Of a stretch of DNA of 37,780 nt, positions 29,144-35,315 are shown piece after piece. The stretch's first letter is position 1. Every line of letters begins with the position of its first letter. Source of the stretch: a virus (Duplodnaviria > Caudoviricetes); the IMG/VR virus record IMGVR_UViG_3300020042_008470, positions 1 through 37,780 of that record; one strand, given 5' to 3'. Under the pieces are notes generated by a model, which did no database searches, was not told where the DNA came from, and saw only the letters and a list, made by a program, of their open reading frames with translations. The translations under genes were made by a program, and so were the position numbers.

Positions 29144-29416
29144 CTAAAGCGTCGTTTGAATTATTTCATCTAATACATCATCAACGTAAACAAAATCTTT
29201 TCTAATAGTAGAAGCGCCAAAATAAACTGTGTCAATTCTTGTGAGTACGCCGTCGGTATAAGTAAACACTTTGTATGACCCATCGTCGTAATCAATTTGA
29301 GTTAACACCCCATCAACATACGTAAAACTAGGCCCGACTAATTCTTGCGTCGTGCTTCCGGTGCCTGAGCTACCTAGGCTACTGGACCCAATCGGTGGGC
29401 TACCCAGCCGGCCCAA
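29144..29416 (-). CDS. Small protein with three FxYxDGVLxxI (YD-like) repeats
   Basis: FTYVDGVLTQI / FTYTDGVLTRI / FVYVDDVLDEI. Confidence 0.6.
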   Translation of the reverse strand: MGRLGSPPIGSSSLGSSGTGSTTQELVGPSFTYVDGVLTQIDYDDGSYKVFTYTDGVLTRIDTVYFGASTIRKDFVYVDDVLDEIIQTTL

Positions 29417-29737
29417 TTAAACACCTACCGTTGCGCCAGACGAATAACCAATCAACATTGAAACCGTCATGGTTGCACTAGTTGCCGCTAGATAAATTCT
29501 TGCAGGCCCATCAACAAACACCGACTCGTTACTTGATATTCGATAACCCAGACCCCAACCCACCGCTAGCGTCCCTGATAAAGCAAGCGGCGGCGGTACA
29601 ACTTCAAGGGTGCCAGACCCAGTATGTATTTTAAAGTTTGTTGCATAGAGGTAGGCCGTTGGTTCAATCTTAACGATAGCCGATAGACCAACCGTTAAGA
29701 GTGACGCGCCAACCACCGCTATGTTTTGACTATTCAT
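29417..29737 (-). CDS. Small beta-rich structural protein, paralog-like to 29901-30209
   Basis: GTL, G.. and I/LY/F.A/S..AT.T similarity between the two. Confidence 0.55.
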   Translation of the reverse strand: MNSQNIAVVGASLLTVGLSAIVKIEPTAYLYATNFKIHTGSGTLEVVPPPLALSGTLAVGWGLGYRISSNESVFVDGPARIYLAATSATMTVSMLIGYSSGATVGV

Positions 29738-29904
29738 TAAATTCTCGTAATGAAGTGACTTTTTTCTTTTCTAATCTTTTTTACCGAAATGTGGATAAAC
29801 GCAAATAGTACCAACATCATGAAAGCTAAAAATGCCTGAATCATGAGAGTGATCGGCATAGCGTTGGCGAGTATTTGTTGTTTAATCTCTGTTAGTTCAA
29901 TCAT
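29737..29904 (-). CDS. Small TM protein, 55 aa (not in ORF track)
   Basis: Manual translation MIELTEIKQQILANAMPITLMIQAFLAFMMLVLFAFIHISVKKIRKEKSHFITRI*; ATGA and TAATG coupling. Confidence 0.65.
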   Translation of the reverse strand: MIELTEIKQQILANAMPITLMIQAFLAFMMLVLFAFIHISVKKIRKEKSHFITRI

Positions 29905-30209
29905 GGTGCGAGCGTTGTGCCTTGTGGCGCTGAGAGATAAGACACGATGTTTGCCGTTGCCGTTGCGCCACGTGAAGAGATAAAAAGCCGCCCGCCGCCC
30001 CAGATTTCATAGGCAGTTGAAGCGCTTGGAATAGCGACACCTACGGCCCCAGTGTTACCAAGAATGTGAAGGGTGCCACCTGTGTAGTTTAAGATTTGTC
30101 TTGATACTACGTTTGTATTTGGAAGCGCCACAACCAAAGATACGCCAACATCATAGGCCGCCATTGTGTAACCAACAATTTTAGTAACGTCAAACATTTC
30201 TAACCCCAT
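29901..30209 (-). CDS. Small beta-rich structural protein (start likely MFDVTK at 30197)
   Basis: GGGG SD before the second Met; overlaps the TerL-N stop. Confidence 0.55.
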   Translation of the reverse strand: MGLEMFDVTKIVGYTMAAYDVGVSLVVALPNTNVVSRQILNYTGGTLHILGNTGAVGVAIPSASTAYEIWGGGRLFISSRGATATANIVSYLSAPQGTTLAP

Positions 30210-30933
30210 TTAATTTTGGTTGTTTTTTAAACTCTTCTAAACTTTTAAAGCCAAGCTGGTTTTTAATCACCCAACCGATAATATCCTCTTCGTGGTATCT
30301 CGTTCCTATGATTGCATAAATGCCGTCAGTTTCAAGTATAGATTGATTGTACTGGTAATGATCAATAACTTTTTTTCGTTGATCAAGAGTTGAAGTGTTA
30401 GCAGGCGAGTTATAATCGTCACCTATAATTACATCGTAATGTTGCCCGACCTTGGTTGTGCCGATACCACCGCATGAGATTGACGGCTCTTTTAAAACCT
30501 TGTTGCGTTTACCGATTGTAATCTCTGAGTCATTCCAAGAATAACCTAGTTTCTTTTGCTGATCGGGCGACGGCATCCAATTGCTAAATAGGTCTATAAA
30601 CTCAGGCAGCATAACAAGGTTTTTAATCGCGTTTAGATAAGTGACTGAGTTGCCGTATAGCTCAGAGTCTATAAGTATGCGCAGGTTAGGGTCACGCATG
30701 AGTAGCCAAATAGGGTAGGCAATGGCCCCGATACTGGACTTAAACGTGCCACGTGGAACACAAATCATTTTGCGCTTACACGGACCCTCTAGAACTGAAA
30801 CTATCGGCTCATGGGTCTGTGCCGTCATGTCTTTAAACCCACACAAGTGTTTTGCCGTGGCGTATAGCGACTGTGTGTAAACTTGTTTAAGTGCTGCTTT
30901 AATTATGTGCGGAGGTTGTTTAGTTAGATCCAC
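30190..30933 (-). CDS. terL: Terminase large subunit, N-terminal ATPase part
   Basis: Walker A PRGTFKS, Walker B YDVIIGDD, motif III IIGTRYH..D; directly after TerS. Confidence 0.9.
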   Translation of the reverse strand: MDLTKQPPHIIKAALKQVYTQSLYATAKHLCGFKDMTAQTHEPIVSVLEGPCKRKMICVPRGTFKSSIGAIAYPIWLLMRDPNLRILIDSELYGNSVTYLNAIKNLVMLPEFIDLFSNWMPSPDQQKKLGYSWNDSEITIGKRNKVLKEPSISCGGIGTTKVGQHYDVIIGDDYNSPANTSTLDQRKKVIDHYQYNQSILETDGIYAIIGTRYHEEDIIGWVIKNQLGFKSLEEFKKQPKLNGVRNV

Positions 30934-31006
30934 AGAAAAAGATTAGAGTATAGAGCCAACCAATAAGCAACCCCATTGATATCAGTAGCCAATCCTCAAA
31001 CTTCAC
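30920..31006 (-). CDS. Small TM peptide, 28 aa (not in ORF track)
   Basis: GTGA overlap with the TerS stop; MKFEDWLLISMGLLIGWLYTLIFFCGSN*. Confidence 0.4.
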   Translation of the reverse strand: MKFEDWLLISMGLLIGWLYTLIFFCGSN

Positions 31007-31377
31007 TTCTTAAGAGCCTCGATAAGCTTTTGTGCTAGCGCCTCGGTCTGTTTACTGTCGCTAACGTCTTCGGTTTTAACTTCCATTTTTTCAGTCACCA
31101 CGCCAATAGATCTACGTAGCAAGAATTCACTGCGTAGCGTGTCACCCTGACCAATAGCGCGCGCCATGATTGAAATAACCATAAGCTCAATAGCCGGCGT
31201 TTGGTTTGGGTTTCTGATCAACTCTTTTAACTCGTCGTGGGTTTTATGCATGTACTTATAGATGATCTCTTCAAACATCGTTTTAGTGAGTTTGCGAACC
31301 TCAAATACTTCAGGCGCAACGAATTTGCCTTTTCTAATCTTGTCGCCCTTTTTTAGCCTATGCCCAACGTTTGCCAA
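31003..31377 (-). CDS. terS: Putative terminase small subunit
   Basis: Basic N-terminus, helical core, EFLLRRSIG...EKMEV tail; upstream of the TerL ATPase part. Confidence 0.6.
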   Translation of the reverse strand: MANVGHRLKKGDKIRKGKFVAPEVFEVRKLTKTMFEEIIYKYMHKTHDELKELIRNPNQTPAIELMVISIMARAIGQGDTLRSEFLLRRSIGVVTEKMEVKTEDVSDSKQTEALAQKLIEALKK

Positions 31378-31385
31378 TTGGCCCC

Positions 31386-31619
31386 CTATTTTAACGCATC
31401 TAGGCGTTGTTCTATTAGTTCTATCGTAACATCACCGGCGGGGCTTGAGTATGTGGCTTTTTTATCTTTCTGGACCTTTGCCCAAAACCAAGATGGGAAT
31501 GGGCTAGACGGTTTAAGCTTTGAGATTGTTGTCGACACACGGCCTGCGTATTTAAACTCTTTTGTGGTGCCGTCTGAGGTTATTTTAACGTGAGTTAAGT
31601 AATGCTGCATTTTAATCAT
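31386..31619 (-). CDS. Hypothetical protein
   Basis: Overlap-coupled to the methyltransferase gene. Confidence 0.5.
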   Translation of the reverse strand: MIKMQHYLTHVKITSDGTTKEFKYAGRVSTTISKLKPSSPFPSWFWAKVQKDKKATYSSPAGDVTIELIEQRLDALK

Positions 31620-32868
31620 GGTTCCACTCTATTTGTTTGCCGTTTTTCTTTATTTTAGTTTGGCCGGTGTATTTAGACCATCTTGATACAATAACGTCTA
31701 TGTAATGAGGGTCTAGCTCCATCATAAAACATTTGCGTTTTGTTTTTTCACAGGCGATTAGAGTTGAACCGGAGCCGCCGAATACATCAACGACAGATTT
31801 TGGATCATAATGATTTAATATGTCTACAAAAAGTCCCACTGGCTTTTGAGTAGGGTGGACACGCTTTGTAAGTTCGTCTTTTCTGTCGCCTTGCCTGGTC
31901 ATGCCAACCCATGTAAATTTAAAAACCTTAACTGCTTTTTTATCGACATTCGTCCATGCCAATTCAGCACCACTAAAGTCGGCACCTTCGGGTATTTCTT
32001 TATTCCAAACTATCCAATGTGGCGAGCAGGGCAATTTATCTGAAAAATGATTAGCACCCCATATTATTTTTAATTCAGCTAAATCCATCAAATGAGTCGG
32101 GTCATATGGCTTGTCGTCTCCTATTATTGGCCTATAAACGCCAACCTTTGCTTTGTGAAATTGAGACGCGCCAACCATGGTTCCATCCGGCTTAACAACA
32201 TTCATCCCATACGGCGGATCAGTAAAAACCATATCAGCCTTAACGCCACCCATCAGCTTTTCAACGGTAGCCTTATCAGTCGAGTCGCCACACAAAAGCC
32301 TATGCTCGCCCAGTTCATACAAATCGCCAAGTTTAGACACCGGGTCTTTAGGCACCTCTGGCACTTCATCTTCAATTTCTTCTTTGTCGGTGTGGTCTTG
32401 GCTAAACTCTTTTTCGACCTCGTCAAGATCAATACCGGGCAATGAAAAGCCGTCTTTTAAATCACCAAAATCAAGGCCTGCGTTGTGTGCAAATTCAGCC
32501 AAACCACCGGGCGTAATCTTGCCGTAAGTGCTAGCTAGACTTAACAAAATCTTATTGGCCTCTTTATAGGTTTTAGCCTTAATTCGATTAACCGGGACCG
32601 CAGGCACCGCATACCCTTTTTGTTCAACGTATTGTAATAACCGAAGGCGTTGTGTGCCCCCTAAACTACATAAAGCGCCGGCCGTGCCGTAGTGACCCTT
32701 GTCATCCACCCACACGTCGATAGGGTCAACAAAGCCGTTTTCAATCACGTTGGCTTCAAACTTAACAATGTCGTCTTGATGCAGGTCTTTTAAGTCGCCC
32801 TGAATGATTTTGATTTGGTGGTAAGGCACGCGGTCTTCAACAGTTGAGTTTATTTCGATTCTTTTCAT
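31612..32868 (-). CDS. ParB-like domain fused to N6/N4 DNA methyltransferase (beta class)
   Basis: GFVDPI..GTQRL ParB-like; HRLLCGDST, VFTDPPY, HPTQKPV, DVFGGSGSTLIA. Confidence 0.92.
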   Translation of the reverse strand: MKRIEINSTVEDRVPYHQIKIIQGDLKDLHQDDIVKFEANVIENGFVDPIDVWVDDKGHYGTAGALCSLGGTQRLRLLQYVEQKGYAVPAVPVNRIKAKTYKEANKILLSLASTYGKITPGGLAEFAHNAGLDFGDLKDGFSLPGIDLDEVEKEFSQDHTDKEEIEDEVPEVPKDPVSKLGDLYELGEHRLLCGDSTDKATVEKLMGGVKADMVFTDPPYGMNVVKPDGTMVGASQFHKAKVGVYRPIIGDDKPYDPTHLMDLAELKIIWGANHFSDKLPCSPHWIVWNKEIPEGADFSGAELAWTNVDKKAVKVFKFTWVGMTRQGDRKDELTKRVHPTQKPVGLFVDILNHYDPKSVVDVFGGSGSTLIACEKTKRKCFMMELDPHYIDVIVSRWSKYTGQTKIKKNGKQIEWNHD

Positions 32869-32890
32869 GTCTCAGATCGAAACACTCGAT

Positions 32891-32917
32891 TAAAGTTTAG
32901 TCAATAAAAGCCGATGA
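32891..32917 (+). promoter_or_regulatory. Sigma28 (FliA)-type promoter
   Basis: TAAAGTTT-N11-GCCGATGA versus consensus TAAAGTTT-N11-GCCGATAA. Confidence 0.75.
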
Positions 32918-32920
32918 GTA

Positions 32921-32938
32921 TATATAAGGCGGTCAACC
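32921..32938 (+). promoter_or_regulatory. Leader/RBS motif copy 1 (TATATAAGGCGGTCAACC)
   Basis: Immediately before ATG 32940; first 16 bp identical to 34668-34683. Confidence 0.75.
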
Positions 32939-32939
32939 T

Positions 32940-33260
32940 ATGAAACTATTTAATTTTTTTCATGAAACCACGTCTGGCACGATCGGCACGTTCTTCGGCG
33001 CTAAGGCCCATGTCTTGAGCCAATTGATTGCCGGTTTCTTCGCGGTTTTGTTTAACGTTAGAGTCAGCTCTAGCACCCATAGGCTTAAACCCATCCATGA
33101 AACCAGTCTTGAGCTTATTCCAAGTGCTTTTTTCTTCTTCACCCATACAATAGAATTTCGGGTTTTTAAGCGCGTTTGTAAAGTCCTATTTTATACGTTC
33201 TTTTTGTATATCGCTAACTGCTCTAGTTTTGATGTGGTGATTGCGAGTGTTTTAAGATAA
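32940..33260 (+). CDS. Possible antisense-overlapping ORF, 106 aa
   Basis: Has a promoter, the shared RBS motif and an ATG, but fully overlaps 32946-33146 on the other strand. Confidence 0.35.
   Translation: MKLFNFFHETTSGTIGTFFGAKAHVLSQLIAGFFAVLFNVRVSSSTHRLKPIHETSLELIPSAFFFFTHTIEFRVFKRVCKVLFYTFFLYIANCSSFDVVIASVLR
32946..33146 (-). CDS. Small hydrophilic hypothetical protein
   Basis: Natural-looking composition; same strand as the late operon. Confidence 0.55.
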   Translation of the reverse strand: MGEEEKSTWNKLKTGFMDGFKPMGARADSNVKQNREETGNQLAQDMGLSAEERADRARRGFMKKIK

Positions 33261-33262
33261 CA

Positions 33263-33289
33263 ACCTAAGAGTTGATCAGGCCCTTAGGT
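33263..33289 (-). terminator. Hairpin downstream of the HNH gene, possible weak terminator
   Basis: ACCTAAGGG-9 nt-CTCTTAGGT followed by TGTTATCTT on - strand. Confidence 0.4.
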
Positions 33290-33313
33290 GGTTACGGTGT
33301 GTGTGCAATTCTT

Positions 33314-33700
33314 TTAATCCAAAATAAAATTTAAATCAAGCGGTGGTAATTCGTATTTATCACGGCAATCGTTTATTCGTTCTCTGTAGCGAAGGTAAAA
33401 GGTTTTAATGCCTATGGTGTGGCGCTCGGTGTGACATTCCCGGCACAAGGCATTGAGGTTTGTTAGTGAGTCATCGCCCCCTGAGCCTTTAGTTTTAAAG
33501 TGATCGGCGTCGGTTTGATCGTCACCGCAAATAAAGCAGGGTAAGGATTTAATCAATGATAGATTTTCGCGACTCTCAATGCGTGTGCGTTTATTAATAG
33601 TCATGGCCGTGTAGGTGCTTTCGTGTGGTCCAGAAAAGGGCTGACGAACAGTCTGGGCAATCAACTTGTGTAATTTTAGCGTTGTCTTTTTGTATTCCAA
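33314..33700 (-). CDS. HNH endonuclease-like protein (start likely MTINKR)
   Basis: CFIC..DADH....GSGG.D...NL.ALCRECH.ERH. Confidence 0.8.
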   Translation of the reverse strand: MEYKKTTLKLHKLIAQTVRQPFSGPHESTYTAMTINKRTRIESRENLSLIKSLPCFICGDDQTDADHFKTKGSGGDDSLTNLNALCRECHTERHTIGIKTFYLRYRERINDCRDKYELPPLDLNFILD

Positions 33701-33890
33701 GTCTGTTGTACTGGCTATTGACGTGTTTATTATTACAAGCTTGTGACGTGCAAAAGGCCCTGGGCCTGGTTTCTGGCTTTGGTGCCGGCTTAGTTACAAA
33801 TTCGTCGTATTTAGTATGCTGATTATATGAAGATTTAAGTTCGATCATTGTAAAGTTTACCCACCAGAAATCCGTAGAGTCAATTACCAT
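33594..33890 (-). CDS. Zinc-ribbon hypothetical protein
   Basis: CTSQAC and CPDC pairs. Confidence 0.55.
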   Translation of the reverse strand: MVIDSTDFWWVNFTMIELKSSYNQHTKYDEFVTKPAPKPETRPRAFCTSQACNNKHVNSQYNRLGIQKDNAKITQVDCPDCSSALFWTTRKHLHGHDY

Positions 33891-33958
33891 GCCAAAGAGT
33901 GCCGGGGTGGGGCAATCCTCCTTGATGTCTCATCCCGGTTCTCACCTAAAGACATCTA

Positions 33959-33986
33959 TTGACATCTTGCGTTATTGTGCTATTCT
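33959..33986 (+). promoter_or_regulatory. Sigma70-type promoter
   Basis: TTGACA-N16-TATTCT with extended -10 TG. Confidence 0.65.
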
Positions 33987-33997
33987 AATGGTTACAA

Positions 33998-34010
33998 AGG
34001 CGGTCAAACC
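33998..34010 (+). promoter_or_regulatory. Leader/RBS motif copy 2 (AGGCGGTCAAACC)
   Basis: Before ATG 34012; exact 13-nt complement of 34472-34484. Confidence 0.75.
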
Positions 34011-34011
34011 T

Positions 34012-34167
34012 ATGAACTACAATGTATATCTAAAAATGTTTCAGATGTTAAAAGCCAAGGGCATGACAAAATTAGAGGCTCTTTCCTGTTTATCTTTTGA
34101 AGGCGATCAGATACTAGACGACGTTGAACTAAAGGCGGCGCTTGAAGATGTTTACGGCGGTGATTAA
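34012..34167 (+). CDS. Small hypothetical protein (start revised from 33889)
   Basis: Promoter and RBS motif sit directly before MNYNVY. Confidence 0.65.
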   Translation: MNYNVYLKMFQMLKAKGMTKLEALSCLSFEGDQILDDVELKAALEDVYGGD

Positions 34168-34169
34168 AC

Positions 34170-34445
34170 GTGAGTGAGACAGAAAAGCAGCGTGATTTTA
34201 ACGTCTACATTGAAAACGACCGATATTACGTTAGGGCCTATGTGACAGTCTATTTTAGACGAGTTGACGCAGGGTTTGACCATGAGTTTGGATTTAGACA
34301 GGAATGGGAATGGGAACCGTATCAGGTTATTATTGAGTCGGTTAGAAACCCCGAGACTGGCGAAGAGTGGGGCAAGGTTCCTAAGGACTTAGAAGAGTTA
34401 ATTGAAAATAAAGCGATTATTGAAGCTAATGAAATAGGACTTTAA
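34170..34445 (+). CDS. Acidic hypothetical protein
   Basis: GGCGGTGA SD; ORF track. Confidence 0.65.
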   Translation: MSETEKQRDFNVYIENDRYYVRAYVTVYFRRVDAGFDHEFGFRQEWEWEPYQVIIESVRNPETGEEWGKVPKDLEELIENKAIIEANEIGL

Positions 34446-34512
34446 TCCCAGCGGGTTTGGGCTATCATGTTGGTTTGACCGCCTCATAACTGCTCATTCC
34501 CGCTCGGGGTTA
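34443..34512 (+). ncRNA. Candidate antisense / riboregulator hairpin RNA
   Basis: Stems TAATCCC/GGGGTTA, AGCGGG/CCCGCT, TGGGC/GCTCA, ATG/CAT; loop TTGGTTTGACCGCCT; two G-U pairs favour the + strand. Confidence 0.65.
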
Positions 34513-34518
34513 TTTACT

Positions 34519-34626
34519 GTGGACCACCCATTTCTAACGTTTCTAGCATGGTTGTGCGCCTTTTTAGGGGCCGTCCTAGTGTGCTTTGTACTGATCGTTT
34601 TACTCTTGAGTGTGCTATCAATTTGA
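34519..34626 (+). CDS. Small single-TM peptide, 35 aa (not in ORF track)
   Basis: GTG start, MDHPFLTFLAWLCAFLGAVLVCFVLIVLLLSVLSI*; GGGG SD at 34506-34509. Confidence 0.55.
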   Translation: MDHPFLTFLAWLCAFLGAVLVCFVLIVLLLSVLSI

Positions 34627-34635
34627 TACGCTGCG

Positions 34636-34664
34636 TTGACTTATCTTAAATGATCTGTCATACT
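34636..34664 (+). promoter_or_regulatory. Sigma70-type promoter
   Basis: TTGACT-N17-CATACT with extended -10 TG. Confidence 0.7.
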
Positions 34665-34667
34665 TAT

Positions 34668-34686
34668 TATATAAGGCGGTCAAATC
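34668..34686 (+). promoter_or_regulatory. Leader/RBS motif copy 3 (TATATAAGGCGGTCAAATC)
   Basis: Immediately before ATG 34689. Confidence 0.75.
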
Positions 34687-34688
34687 TT

Positions 34689-34994
34689 ATGAAATATTTA
34701 ATTTGTACAATGTTTTTAATCTTAACGGCTTGTGGGTCATCTGACAAAACGTATGACTCAGATACAGGCTACCCAATTACACAACAATATGGGCGTCAAA
34801 TTATGGTGGACTTTGTAGATCAAAATTGTGGTGGTAACTATGATTTGGTTTGCGAAGATTTGTATCGTAGGTTTTTTGGCGACAAACTTATCGAGTTTTA
34901 TAACAAGCCGGCCAGTGCTTTAAAAATCATCGACCTAGACCCTGATCTTGCCTCAGACACTAAGCGCTTTGAGGACTACGTTCGCAATTACTGA
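34689..34994 (+). CDS. Lipoprotein, possible superinfection-exclusion factor (start revised from 34650)
   Basis: MKYLICTMFLILTAC-GSS: signal peptide II with LTAC lipobox. Confidence 0.75.
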   Translation: MKYLICTMFLILTACGSSDKTYDSDTGYPITQQYGRQIMVDFVDQNCGGNYDLVCEDLYRRFFGDKLIEFYNKPASALKIIDLDPDLASDTKRFEDYVRNY

Positions 34995-35003
34995 CGCTTA
35001 TTG

Positions 35004-35031
35004 TTAAGTTTGACAATCTGTGCGACGATAT
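35004..35031 (+). promoter_or_regulatory. Possible second sigma28-like promoter
   Basis: TTAAGTTT-N12-GACGATAT before the GGGGGTGA SD of 35049. Confidence 0.4.
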
Positions 35032-35048
35032 GTCTATGGGGGTGACCT

Positions 35049-35246
35049 ATGGATGTTATTCACAATAAAATTTTACAAGCTCTTATAAACGCAGGCGTTA
35101 AAGTTAAGGGTGTGTCTGAAACAGAGGACGGTATATTCATTAGCATTTCAGACTCAGGCACCAAATACCGTGTGTTTTGCGCTAAAGAAACGCCTATGCC
35201 ATTAAAACTAGTTAAAGAAGCCGAGCTTTATAATTTAGAATATTAA
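35049..35246 (+). CDS. Small hypothetical protein
   Basis: Strong SD GGGGGTGA. Confidence 0.65.
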   Translation: MDVIHNKILQALINAGVKVKGVSETEDGIFISISDSGTKYRVFCAKETPMPLKLVKEAELYNLEY

Positions 35247-35315
35247 AAAACGCCAAAAGGCCAAGAAGAGTGTCGAAACTAAAGTCAATGACCGTTAATT
35301 TTTCTCTTTTCGACC

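Noticed and set aside
26296-30189. Intron, intein or excisable element interrupting terL
   Set aside because: The interval is fully coding and overlap-coupled to both halves. No intein terminal motifs, homing endonuclease, recombinase or flanking direct repeat beyond 6-nt TGGGGT/GTTGGG matches.
30200-30250. Programmed frameshift at TTT AAA AAA near the end of TerL-N
   Set aside because: Not a correctly phased X XXY YYZ heptamer, and no frameshift could bridge 3.9 kb to the nuclease half.
5676-32527. Many + strand ORFs in the track opposite the late genes (for example 6174-6545, 10235-10573, 22636-23025, 32177-32527)
   Set aside because: They are antisense shadows of well-supported - strand genes and lack an SD or recognisable motifs.
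34443-34469. Minus-strand mini-ORF MIAQTRWD after the inverted motif copy
   Set aside because: Only 8 codons, no - strand promoter seen, and G-U pairs favour the + strand RNA; it cannot be fully excluded.
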